Shown here piece after piece: positions 53,936-62,832 of a stretch of DNA of 64,000 nt. The notes beneath the pieces were generated by a model. That model made no database searches, had not been told where the DNA came from, and was given only the letters and a program-made list of their open reading frames with translations. The DNA is from a virus: the IMG/VR virus record IMGVR_UViG_3300025151_000016; one strand, 5' to 3'. Numbering within the stretch: the first letter of the stretch is position 1; every line of letters begins with the position of its first letter. The position numbers and the translations under genes were made by a program.

Positions 53936-54591
53936 TTATCATACTCCAAAAATTTGTTGCTTTCTCTTATCATTTTTTCAATTTTAAGCTTGCCTTTTCT
54001 ACCAGTCCAATGCATAATAACGTGGTCCTTTGGCATAGAAGAATCTACTATATCCAGACGTAATGTATTATATTTTCTTGGAAGATCTGTTATATGTATG
54101 TGTCTTCTCATTCCATCTTTTACAAGTTCATGAAGGACTTCTTGGTCACCGTCCTTAGGCTTTGCTTTGACTGCAGCGTACCATTCATCAAGAATATTCG
54201 GCCTATGTTGAAACGCAACTACACCAGAGTTGTGCCATGTTTCCTGTCTTCGTCTAGACCAAGGAACATCTTCTGCCATTGCAAGTTTATTGGGTTGTAT
54301 GTAATCAAATATATCATCTATTGGACCAAGCACTTGGCAGTCGGTATCTAACCAACATACCTGTTCTGCGAGCCTTGATGCTTCAATCATTGCCTTTGGC
54401 TTTTTAAACCAGCCTCGTTCATTGCTTTCCATAGGTTGAGCTGCAAACACACGTTTCATCTCTTCGGACATACCAAAGTCATATACGACTAATTTAGTTT
54501 TACTAAATCTTTTTAAATTATCAAAGAACCAAGGAAGCTGCCACTGTGTTTTATGATCGCAGCCAGTAATGAATATTTTAGATAATTTCAT
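53932..54591 (-). CDS. GT-A glycosyltransferase (GT8-like); start re-assigned to MKLSKIF
   Basis: FITGCD, WFKKP, WLDTD (DxD), NSGVV, GDQEVL, YN..R, HWTG..GK. Confidence 0.75.
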   Translation of the reverse strand: MKLSKIFITGCDHKTQWQLPWFFDNLKRFSKTKLVVYDFGMSEEMKRVFAAQPMESNERGWFKKPKAMIEASRLAEQVCWLDTDCQVLGPIDDIFDYIQPNKLAMAEDVPWSRRRQETWHNSGVVAFQHRPNILDEWYAAVKAKPKDGDQEVLHELVKDGMRRHIHITDLPRKYNTLRLDIVDSSMPKDHVIMHWTGRKGKLKIEKMIRESNKFLEYDK

Positions 54592-55222
54592 AAGTTTCTC
54601 CAAAGGAGTGCTTTGCATAACAACCAATAGGATTTTGAATAGTAGAAAACGAGTCTCTTGCTTCTACTGGCCAAGGATAGTATTCTTGTAAGAAAGGAAA
54701 CGATTCTTTGTTTAAAAATACATCGGTGGGCTGAGCATGCAGTTTAGCCTGCTTTACCAGTGCACGAGCTCCGGCAGGAGTGAGGCGATATGCGTGTGCA
54801 CCAGGGAAATACCTTTTAGATGTTAACAATCCAACCCCTAAAGCTGGAGTATGATATTTTCCATAGGAAGGTTTGCCTAATGAAATTACTTTGTCAAAGA
54901 GAAGTGATTCACTTATTGGTTGTACGATAAATGCATCGTGCTCAAAGATTGTGTAGGTAACTTTATCTTGTATACATTTTTTCCATAAGCTATAATGAGA
55001 TAAGAAAGCTGCAATACAATTTTCAAGTCTTGAATATTCTTCAATAAATCCATGTGTATCGAGTTCTTCAGCTTCCATCATACGATATACATTTGTGTTT
55101 CGAGGAGTAACTGCATCATACATATCAATCTTCATGCCGTGTTTTACGCCAGACTTAATACACCGTTTTGCAGTTTGCATTGATCTTTCAATATCTGTTA
55201 TAGTAATAATCAAATTTTTCAT
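54578..55222 (-). CDS. Glycosyltransferase family 25
   Basis: DAV, FLSHY.LW..C, IFEHDA, GAHAY.L.P.GA..L, P.D. Confidence 0.75.
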   Translation of the reverse strand: MKNLIITITDIERSMQTAKRCIKSGVKHGMKIDMYDAVTPRNTNVYRMMEAEELDTHGFIEEYSRLENCIAAFLSHYSLWKKCIQDKVTYTIFEHDAFIVQPISESLLFDKVISLGKPSYGKYHTPALGVGLLTSKRYFPGAHAYRLTPAGARALVKQAKLHAQPTDVFLNKESFPFLQEYYPWPVEARDSFSTIQNPIGCYAKHSFGETYEII

Positions 55223-55911
55223 TGTGTTGTAGTGCTCTTTAGATTTTGAACGCTGGTATAGAATTTACGAGTTACACCAAGTTTAGGAACTAACTGATAA
55301 CACATGATTGCATCATTAGGCCAGAGACCGAATTCCTTTACGAGACTAATAAGTTTATTAGCACCTTCTGGTTTAATTATATATGCTGAGTTTCCGGCTA
55401 GACCTTGTGGAATATTTGCTGGCGCCAGGCGTGGAACTGATTGTTGTTTTTTATCATCATTTATAATAGTCTGATAATAGTCACGTGATTTAAATGTACA
55501 GCCTATTGGATTATTAATTCCAAGAATATTAAACTTTGAATCATTCATATTGAAATCAAGTTTTGCTGTAAACATTGCATCATGTTCGAGAATAAGTATT
55601 GGCTTATTTGAATTGGAACACATGTTCCATAATCTATAATGACTCAAAGCACAAGCAACTCTTGCTTTCGGACTTCTTGTTTGATATGCTCGTTTAGTAA
55701 GTCCAGAACTAAAGTCAGTAACTGAACCTTCCCAAGGATAGTTCCATTGTAGTTTATGAGCCAACAGAACTTCTTTCACGTCATCTGGTGTAACAGCTTT
55801 GAACTTTTCTATTTCAAAATCATTACCAACTTTTTTCGAAGATTCAATTAAATTATTAAATCCAGTTTCAGATATTTTATTATCATTTATAACAATACTA
55901 TAAGCAATCAT
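55219..55911 (-). CDS. Glycosyltransferase family 25
   Basis: F.AV, ACALSHY.LW..C, LILEHDA, GNSAYII.P.GA.KL, PNDA. Confidence 0.78.
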   Translation of the reverse strand: MIAYSIVINDNKISETGFNNLIESSKKVGNDFEIEKFKAVTPDDVKEVLLAHKLQWNYPWEGSVTDFSSGLTKRAYQTRSPKARVACALSHYRLWNMCSNSNKPILILEHDAMFTAKLDFNMNDSKFNILGINNPIGCTFKSRDYYQTIINDDKKQQSVPRLAPANIPQGLAGNSAYIIKPEGANKLISLVKEFGLWPNDAIMCYQLVPKLGVTRKFYTSVQNLKSTTTQ

Positions 55912-56486
55912 TACTTCTTACCGATGACTGTGTACCCTACATTTTTTGTAACGCGTTCTAGAACTTTCCATTGATTCTTTGCAGCCCAAGCATTTAAAAC
56001 TTGAAATAAGCTATCATTCATTTTACCATGAAGAATACTCGTATCATGAGCTATAATATACTTCTTAACGTTTCTACCATGCATATCTAATTCTTTTTGT
56101 AAATGATTAGGGTGGTGGTAACTATCAATGACTAACATATCAGTCATGTTAATAGCACCGAAACCAGTAGAGTCAGTTTGATTAACAATTAATTCTATAT
56201 TATTTGTATCACACCATTTCTCTGCAAGTGGTTTGAGGAACTTATTATATTTTGTAAAGTCAATATCCACAAGGTAAACTCTGCTTGGTTTACACAGCAT
56301 CGCCACAGAAGCTGTACCACCTTGGTGTGTACCGAGTTCCATGTAGCTCTTACAGTCTTTCATATATTTCGTAATAGCATCATGGATAGCACAATAGTCT
56401 TTACCGTGTGCTTCTTCTTGTTGTTCTCTAATAGATTTATTAAATGTTTTTATGGTCTTGCAATGACCTAGTTCGCTGTTAATCAT
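55911..56486 (-). CDS. Class I SAM-dependent methyltransferase
   Basis: YMELGT..GGT, VDID, D.LVIDS.H, IIAHDT. Confidence 0.75.
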   Translation of the reverse strand: MINSELGHCKTIKTFNKSIREQQEEAHGKDYCAIHDAITKYMKDCKSYMELGTHQGGTASVAMLCKPSRVYLVDIDFTKYNKFLKPLAEKWCDTNNIELIVNQTDSTGFGAINMTDMLVIDSYHHPNHLQKELDMHGRNVKKYIIAHDTSILHGKMNDSLFQVLNAWAAKNQWKVLERVTKNVGYTVIGKK

Positions 56487-57280
56487 TTTTCTATTGCTTC
56501 TTTTATCATTAAGATATTTTCTTTTAGTTTATCGTTAAACTGGCTTTCAGCTTGGCCATGGTTTAAACCTTCGCTCAATCCTCTGGAAAAACTAGCACTC
56601 ATACCAGATTGACAAGCCAAACGTCTGCACGCTTCTTTTGTCGTATATCCACCACTGAGTCCAACAATACACATGACTTTATCGTGTGTCATGATGTCGC
56701 TATAAAAATTATCCATGTCTGGTAATGTAAGTTTAAGTATACACTTTCCTTTAAATGCATCTAGTCGTTCAGCCAACTCGTCTCGAAGCTTACACTCATA
56801 TATTGATTTCATAGGATGATCAATTGGAATCTCTGGTTCTACGATTGGCATGAGGCCTCCTTTATATACTGTCTCTGCAATAGCAAATTGCTGAGATAAT
56901 ATCATGTCAATATCCTTTACGTCTTTGAGAATACTGCGCATCTTTGTACCAGTACAACCATGTTCTTGAGCGTAGTCAACCATGTCATCCCATCTAAAAT
57001 ATTTTAGATAACCATTTTCTTCCACACCACTGTCAATTTTTAAATAAGCTTGAATTCCTTTTTGTTTTAATATTGGCACCATACCACGTTCAACTGTATC
57101 TTTGTACAGGATTGCTGCCCATATATTATCAGAATTAAACATAGGACTATTCACCATACGCATTCTCATGGCATGAATCTTATCCATCTTATCATTTTCT
57201 GTATATTTTTGACCATAACGTTCAAGTACACCACCGGTACTTCCACCACTATGATCCATTGCAGCTATAAATCTATTCAT
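56483..57280 (-). CDS. fda: Class I fructose-1,6-bisphosphate aldolase (bacterial Fda type); start re-assigned to MNRFIAAM
   Basis: FIAAMDHSGGST, AILY, LKID.G, GTKMRS, PIVEPEI, LKLTLP (Schiff-base Lys), LSGGY, ASFSR.L. Confidence 0.9.
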   Translation of the reverse strand: MNRFIAAMDHSGGSTGGVLERYGQKYTENDKMDKIHAMRMRMVNSPMFNSDNIWAAILYKDTVERGMVPILKQKGIQAYLKIDSGVEENGYLKYFRWDDMVDYAQEHGCTGTKMRSILKDVKDIDMILSQQFAIAETVYKGGLMPIVEPEIPIDHPMKSIYECKLRDELAERLDAFKGKCILKLTLPDMDNFYSDIMTHDKVMCIVGLSGGYTTKEACRRLACQSGMSASFSRGLSEGLNHGQAESQFNDKLKENILMIKEAIEK

Positions 57281-57605
57281 AGGTTTCGCCCGTTTCTCTA
57301 AAAAAGTTTTCACTCCAAAAAGCTTTATCATCTATCCATACATCATAGTGTTCTTTTTTACCAACACTTAATTCGTGAAACTTTGCACCCCATTTAATTA
57401 ATTGATTGTTTGTCAGGTTATAATAGTCCACACCACTTACAGCGCCACGAGCTGTCATGTATTTAATTGTATGTCCAGCATCGTATAATTTATTAATCTT
57501 AGCAATGCGTTCTGGCATTGGTTCATGTAATGCGTAATCCTTTGTGCCGTCTGGCTTCATTACTTCATTACAAATTGTTCCGTCAATATCTATAACGTAC
57601 TTCAC
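57273..57605 (-). CDS. HAD-superfamily phosphatase (capsule-biosynthesis phosphatase-like)
   Basis: DIDGTIC, TARG, T..QL..WG, K...D.WIDDKA. Confidence 0.8.
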   Translation of the reverse strand: MKYVIDIDGTICNEVMKPDGTKDYALHEPMPERIAKINKLYDAGHTIKYMTARGAVSGVDYYNLTNNQLIKWGAKFHELSVGKKEHYDVWIDDKAFWSENFFRETGETYE

Positions 57606-57781
57606 TTAGTCACCTCTTCTTTCCTTGCATACTTTATATCGCAATATCCGCAAATAACATAATGTCCATCATGCGGTATTTTAAGATAAACTTTTGGATG
57701 ATCCATGTTATCTCCGCTACACGCTACGCTATCGCCATCTATGTAAACGATGCGTTCTTCAAAGCCTTCGATCTTATCCAT
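57602..57781 (-). CDS. zf-CHCC zinc-finger protein (NDUFS6/NUMM-like; absent from ORF track)
   Basis: MDKIEGFEERIVYIDGDSVACSGDNMDHPKVYLKIPHDGHYVICGYCDIKYARKEEVTK: C-x6-HPxVY-x10-CGYC; overlaps both neighbours. Confidence 0.8.
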   Translation of the reverse strand: MDKIEGFEERIVYIDGDSVACSGDNMDHPKVYLKIPHDGHYVICGYCDIKYARKEEVTK

Positions 57782-58592
57782 CGTTCGGCCAGTTTTTATT
57801 AACTGGTAAGTTCCATTCGCTTATTGGTTTATTTGTTATTTGCCATAATGCTTCTTCAGGCCAATCATCTGCAGTTCGAAACATTATATGAACTAACTTA
57901 GGATTCTCTCCTCTATTGTCACCAATCTTAGCGTTAGGATGCGAACCAACTTTATGCATGTAACAATTCCACTCGTTTGGCATTCTCATTAGTTTAAAAT
58001 TTGGTAAATGAATAAACGCTGAAAAGTAATCTTGAAACAATCTATAAAAGTTAGGAAACCCATGTACTGTGTTTACATACTCTTGAAAGGAAGGCCATTC
58101 CGTTTTCATCTTTTGTAAACCTTTTTTAGATATAACTACAACACCGGTGTTAAATACTTCTGGTCTATCTTTGTCGTCTGTAGGATACTTGATACCCCAT
58201 GTTTTTTCACAGAGCCATGCCCATCGTTTATCAATAACACTATTGATTCCACCAGAGTTATATATTGTCCTGAAATAAGGTTGCTTTGGTTCTGTACAAA
58301 TACCAGCATCTTCTCCATTTAACATAAACAGATCGTCGGTAAGTCCTTCTGTTGGAAAGACGTCTATGTCAACTAAAGCCACGTTATCATACTTATCAAA
58401 AGATTTATCAACTAAAGGATTAGCCGGTTCGTAGTAAATAGGAACATTCACAGTTTTACTTGCAATCTCAATGTTATGATCAAATCTATATTCAGCACCA
58501 ATACGATCCGCGTATTCTTTCATTAGTCTTGTAGAAGCTACAACACCAGGCTTCATAGGACCTTTCCAATATTGATATATTATGTTACCCAT
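57774..58592 (-). CDS. GT-A glycosyltransferase (GT8-like)
   Basis: IIYQY, YA..IGA.Y, YD.V..VDID, FNTGVV, QDY, WN, H. Confidence 0.65.
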   Translation of the reverse strand: MGNIIYQYWKGPMKPGVVASTRLMKEYADRIGAEYRFDHNIEIASKTVNVPIYYEPANPLVDKSFDKYDNVALVDIDVFPTEGLTDDLFMLNGEDAGICTEPKQPYFRTIYNSGGINSVIDKRWAWLCEKTWGIKYPTDDKDRPEVFNTGVVVISKKGLQKMKTEWPSFQEYVNTVHGFPNFYRLFQDYFSAFIHLPNFKLMRMPNEWNCYMHKVGSHPNAKIGDNRGENPKLVHIMFRTADDWPEEALWQITNKPISEWNLPVNKNWPNDG

Positions 58593-59605
58593 TTGTTTCT
58601 CCTGATAAATTTCTTTGCTGTTTGCAAAGATGAGTTAATAGCCTGATGCATATCAATGTACACATACATTCCACATCTTCCAATAAAAGTCATCTTAGGA
58701 TTGTTATATTGCTTGGCTGCATATTTTCTATATATGCCCGCATTAACGCCAGTATTATCTTTGACCGGATAAAACCTTTCATAATTATTTTCTTTATAGT
58801 CACACGGCTCTTCTGCAGTAAGCGTAGTCATACTAGAGTTGGTACCATGAAAAGGATAGTTCTTCCATTCTGTAATTCTGGTGTAAGGACCATCATGTGT
58901 AAAGTTTACGGTGGGTACAGGTAAAACTTTATTCAACGGTAAATGTGTATGATGAAACTTTATAGATCTATATGGCAGTTCACCGTATTCATAATCATAA
59001 TAAACATCAATTGGCATTGAGTTAAATACATGATCATAAAGTTCTTCCATCTTCTTATCGAATGGTGTGTTCAAATGTACAATTATATTTTGGTGGTTTA
59101 AAATACTATTGAACAAAGTTGTATAACCATACAGTGGCATTACTTGATATTCATCATCTGGAAAGTACAATTCGTTATCATCATCACGTATAGGTATTCT
59201 TTTTGAAATACTACTATCTAAATCTTCTAGTTCCATTCCCCACATCTTTTTAGTGTAAGGTTTGTAAAAAGTATCTATGACATTTTCTTCGCCAACAATT
59301 TCTTTTGTTTCATTATTGACTGGTAAAGTAACATACCGACCATCAGAAAGTTGTGCCTTTACTTTATGCTTGTATTCACCGAACTTACCATACAATGTTA
59401 TCCAGTCATATACTCTTTTATTATTTGTATGAAATATATGTGGTCCGTACTTGTGAACTCTTATACCGTGTTCGTTTTCATAATCATATGCATTACCACC
59501 TACATGATCTCTTTGATCTATTACACATATCTTGTGGCCAGCTTCTGCTAACTCACGAGCAATCGTAGCTCCAGCAAAACCCGCACCTACAACTAATATA
59601 TTCAA
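58580..59605 (-). CDS. glf: UDP-galactopyranose mutase
   Basis: VVGAGFAG, R.HVGGNAYD, VHKYGPHIFHT, YT.KMWG, LPYRS, TRITEWK, FYP, F.GR...Y.Y.DM.QAI. Confidence 0.93.
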   Translation of the reverse strand: MNILVVGAGFAGATIARELAEAGHKICVIDQRDHVGGNAYDYENEHGIRVHKYGPHIFHTNNKRVYDWITLYGKFGEYKHKVKAQLSDGRYVTLPVNNETKEIVGEENVIDTFYKPYTKKMWGMELEDLDSSISKRIPIRDDDNELYFPDDEYQVMPLYGYTTLFNSILNHQNIIVHLNTPFDKKMEELYDHVFNSMPIDVYYDYEYGELPYRSIKFHHTHLPLNKVLPVPTVNFTHDGPYTRITEWKNYPFHGTNSSMTTLTAEEPCDYKENNYERFYPVKDNTGVNAGIYRKYAAKQYNNPKMTFIGRCGMYVYIDMHQAINSSLQTAKKFIRRNKWVT

Positions 59606-60273
59606 AGTACACCTTCGTCTACTAACTGTTGATAGTTTTCCATCTTATCACGCTTTGGTCCTTGAGGAGTAATCTTAGTACGTATATGAATAAAGCCAGC
59701 TTTTTCTGGATTAGGAAGAAAACTACACTGGCACCATTTCGGATCCAAGTGAGTTTTTCTCCAGTTAATACCTGCTCTTAGAGCTAACACATGAAAGATA
59801 CCTTCATCTTCAAAGTGATATGGCAAATTAAAGTTTTCCATCCATGTGTTTGGAGGAGTGTTTGCTTCTCTTAAAGCTACTCTTAATTTCTTATTCATTT
59901 TATATATTGCACCTCCCCAATAAGGAGATCGAGAAGATGAGATTAAAGGATACTGCTGTACTATCTTTTTATGTAACATCTTCTGTACAGTATGATACAT
60001 CCCAACACCTTGTTCTTCAAAGATATTAATAGTCATACCTTTGGGTGCAAACATATCAATGTCTACCATTAGTACATCATCGTACTCGTCAAACTCTTTT
60101 GAGATCATCTGTACTTTTTGGCACGGTGCTGTTAGTCTTCGATTGAAAGGTTTGCCAGTAATAAGTTTATATTCAGCTCCAATCATATCAGCATACTCTT
60201 GCATGTTCGCCATCGAGAGTTTATCTAACGGCCGCAGCTCGCCATCAAAGTGTTGTAGTACAATATTTACCAA
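59602..60273 (-). CDS. GT-A glycosyltransferase-like protein
   Basis: YA.MIGAEY, QK..M....FD.YD.VLMVDIDMF, DEG, FIH; paralogous to 57774 and 60863 genes. Confidence 0.6.
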   Translation of the reverse strand: MVNIVLQHFDGELRPLDKLSMANMQEYADMIGAEYKLITGKPFNRRLTAPCQKVQMISKEFDEYDDVLMVDIDMFAPKGMTINIFEEQGVGMYHTVQKMLHKKIVQQYPLISSSRSPYWGGAIYKMNKKLRVALREANTPPNTWMENFNLPYHFEDEGIFHVLALRAGINWRKTHLDPKWCQCSFLPNPEKAGFIHIRTKITPQGPKRDKMENYQQLVDEGVL

Positions 60274-60866
60274 GGTTTACTTGCCTCTATAACAGCAGAG
60301 TGTAACTTACGTATCAAGCCTGGAGTATCAATGCCATTGAAGTCTCTTACTCCAGATTTTCCATAAGGCATTTCTTGTACGTTTTTAAAACCAAGTTCGG
60401 TAAGTGTTTCTAACATTTCTTTCTTATACCAAAGATGTTTATGTTCACCGCCTTGATATAAAAGTCCTTCAGCACACTGAAGTTGTTTGGACAAGTGTTC
60501 AGTTCCAGCTGGAGCAAACTTATGTTTCAAGATATAGAACTGATAGTAATGCTGTACAAAAGGATGCTCATCTAAGTTTTGATCTTGTCTAAGAAAGTCT
60601 ACAAAATCCATAGGAGGCCACACGGTACGAATGATACCGCCCGGCTTCATTACTCTATACATCTCTTTAAAGAAACTTATGCCTTCATCTTTTTCAAGGT
60701 GCTCAATAAAGTGTTCGCTATAGACTGCATTATACTGTGCATCCATAACTCCCTTCATTGGAAGCTTACGCATGTCATATACCATACAGCCAGGAGTAGG
60801 TACATCTCGTACACTATCCCAATTCAATCCTCTGTTTTCGTTTGGGGCGATTTCTAAATATCTCAT
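60267..60866 (-). CDS. SAM-dependent methyltransferase
   Basis: YLEI, D....LP, VYSEHFIEHL, E.YRV.KPGG.IR...P. Confidence 0.8.
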   Translation of the reverse strand: MRYLEIAPNENRGLNWDSVRDVPTPGCMVYDMRKLPMKGVMDAQYNAVYSEHFIEHLEKDEGISFFKEMYRVMKPGGIIRTVWPPMDFVDFLRQDQNLDEHPFVQHYYQFYILKHKFAPAGTEHLSKQLQCAEGLLYQGGEHKHLWYKKEMLETLTELGFKNVQEMPYGKSGVRDFNGIDTPGLIRKLHSAVIEASKPW

Positions 60867-61648
60867 ACTACCAATTCCATTAGTCGCTCAATGTCTTCTC
60901 CTTCATTAGGAATTAAATCTTTATGAAAGAAATGTAAGAAGTGAGCTTGTTGCATCTTCTCATGTGGTATAGCATTGAATAAGCCATTCCACTTCCAATG
61001 AAGATGTTTTTGTTTCATCTTTTCTTCTTTTACCCAAGTATTTAAAAGTGTTTGGTCCGTAGACCATTTCCACGCGCCTAGTCCATCAATGAATCCTTTA
61101 AACTTTGCACGCATCAAGAACTCTCGTGGAGTTTGACCACGTAAATACTTTGCAATGTTTTTACTCATTAACATCATGCCCATATTATAAAACTCAGCAC
61201 CATGTTGATTCCACTTCCAATCAACGTGCTTTAATGATCCATATTGCATATGGGAATAGTTTGTAATTTTGTCGAAGTATCTTGGAGTTAGTGGCATCTG
61301 TCTTTCTATAACACCAGCAAATTCAGTGTCTTCATCTAACTCGTCAAACAGGTTAGGACTGTTTGGTCTAATCCATATATCACCATCTACAATTGCAATC
61401 TGATCATAACGATCAAAGTATGCAAATGCATTTTCTTTTTCATATATCGGTAGAAAGCCACCATGTTTACCATAGGACTCTTTACTACGATTAGTAGCAA
61501 ATACATCTGGTTTGATTCTTAGGATAGGTTCTCTTTGTATAACATGATCAATGCCATGTTCTTTACAGTAAGTAGCGACAGATTTTGTGCAGTGGTCGTA
61601 TAATCTTTTACGAGGTCCTGTGTATACCTGATAAATTAGTCTCTTCAT
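60863..61648 (-). CDS. GT-A glycosyltransferase (GT8/GT34-like)
   Basis: LIYQ, EK, YDQIAIVDGDI, YN.G.M, DQTLLN, KWN, FLHFF. Confidence 0.7.
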   Translation of the reverse strand: MKRLIYQVYTGPRKRLYDHCTKSVATYCKEHGIDHVIQREPILRIKPDVFATNRSKESYGKHGGFLPIYEKENAFAYFDRYDQIAIVDGDIWIRPNSPNLFDELDEDTEFAGVIERQMPLTPRYFDKITNYSHMQYGSLKHVDWKWNQHGAEFYNMGMMLMSKNIAKYLRGQTPREFLMRAKFKGFIDGLGAWKWSTDQTLLNTWVKEEKMKQKHLHWKWNGLFNAIPHEKMQQAHFLHFFHKDLIPNEGEDIERLMELVV

Positions 61649-61844
61649 AGTAACTCACGATTTTATTTGCGATAATCAATGCATTCTCAAAGTTCTTTCG
61701 AAAACGATTCTTTTTGGCTCCGGTTTCAATGAATGCATATAGATTATCTATAGTACCATTATAATGGCTTAATTCGTAAGACTTACGATACCTTACGATC
61801 TCTTCCCATTGACTACGCAGTGTAAGTACTTCACTCAGCGACAT
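61608..61844 (-). CDS. Hypothetical protein
   Basis: Likely start MSLSEVL overlapping upstream stop; G.K.NRFR.NF. Confidence 0.5.
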   Translation of the reverse strand: MSLSEVLTLRSQWEEIVRYRKSYELSHYNGTIDNLYAFIETGAKKNRFRKNFENALIIANKIVSYYEETNLSGIHRTS

Positions 61845-62418
61845 ATTCATAGATGTCCTTCCATGTTGCAAATGTTGGGAACTCGTCATTATCCATATTA
61901 TGAGCATGTTCTACCATAATACTTTCGAGTCCTAGTCTATCACCTGTTTGTGCATTTAATAATTTATCTTCAATCCAAAGAAGACCAGAATCACGATAAG
62001 GTTCTAGTACTTCATCTTTATCTTCACCGGTATCACAAAAGATAAATTTAGTAAAAGCAGTTTCACCAAATAATTTTTTACAGTTTTGAATACGAAGCAG
62101 CTGAGCGTGTTCGTTATTTGAAAGAGCAGTTATCATATGAAATGTATAACCATGTTTGCGATGTAAGAGATCCACGTAGTACATAGCATCACGAAGAGGA
62201 GGTAAGAATCCCATAGCAGCAGATTGATTAAACTGTCGAACTAATCGTTTACTTACAGATGATGGAAGATTATATCGATCTTTCATATCATAATATTGTT
62301 GACCGTCTTCAACGATCTTGTAACCTTGTGTTTGCATCCAGACATTCATGGCGTATTCCCAGTTCATGAGAACACCGTCACAGTCAGTAAGTATCACTCG
62401 GTTTAAATTGTCTATCAT
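61831..62418 (-). CDS. HAD-family 5'(3')-nucleotidase-like phosphatase (start re-assigned)
   Basis: ILTDCDGVL.NW, FN.S, L.P.RDA, IT, WIED; GAAGGAGAATATAATG leader. Confidence 0.75.
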   Translation of the reverse strand: MIDNLNRVILTDCDGVLMNWEYAMNVWMQTQGYKIVEDGQQYYDMKDRYNLPSSVSKRLVRQFNQSAAMGFLPPLRDAMYYVDLLHRKHGYTFHMITALSNNEHAQLLRIQNCKKLFGETAFTKFIFCDTGEDKDEVLEPYRDSGLLWIEDKLLNAQTGDRLGLESIMVEHAHNMDNDEFPTFATWKDIYEYVAE

Positions 62419-62584
62419 TATATTCTCCTTCATTATAGTAGTATTCTACCATATTTTCAGAAGAATGTAAATAGTTTTTTTCGTTTTTAATATAATTTTT
62501 TATTCTAAAATCTTTATGAATAGATTGTTTCTTATGTTTTCCACGTTTTTTATTACGAGAATCAAAGCGACTGAACTTAGCCAT
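62384..62584 (-). CDS. Small basic hypothetical protein
   Basis: MAKFSRFD.RNKK; TAATG-coupled to glutaredoxin. Confidence 0.5.
   Translation of the reverse strand: MAKFSRFDSRNKKRGKHKKQSIHKDFRIKNYIKNEKNYLHSSENMVEYYYNEGEYNDRQFKPSDTY
62443..62471 (-). promoter_or_regulatory. Early sigma70 promoter (TTTACA-17-TAGAAT) upstream of the HAD gene and glycan cluster
   Basis: -10 62443-62448 with TGG extension, -35 62466-62471. Confidence 0.8.
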
Positions 62585-62832
62585 TAGATTTTTTCCTGTC
62601 CGAAGTTGCGAGTGTTTTCAATTTCAGAAGCGAATTGATCGTATCCGCCTATGTGTCTATCATTCCAAAATATTTGAGGAACCGTTCGTGCTCCTGGAAC
62701 TAATGCACTTAGTTCCTGCATTTTTTCTGGTCCATCAATTAGAATGTATTCGTATTTGAGTTCATGCTTTTCTGCAAGTGACTTTGCTCTGTCACACCAT
62801 GAGCATCTTGGTCCACCCCAAATTGTTATCAT
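62584..62832 (-). CDS. Glutaredoxin (start re-assigned to MITIWG)
   Basis: CSWC active site, TVPQIF, IGGY. Confidence 0.9.
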   Translation of the reverse strand: MITIWGGPRCSWCDRAKSLAEKHELKYEYILIDGPEKMQELSALVPGARTVPQIFWNDRHIGGYDQFASEIENTRNFGQEKI

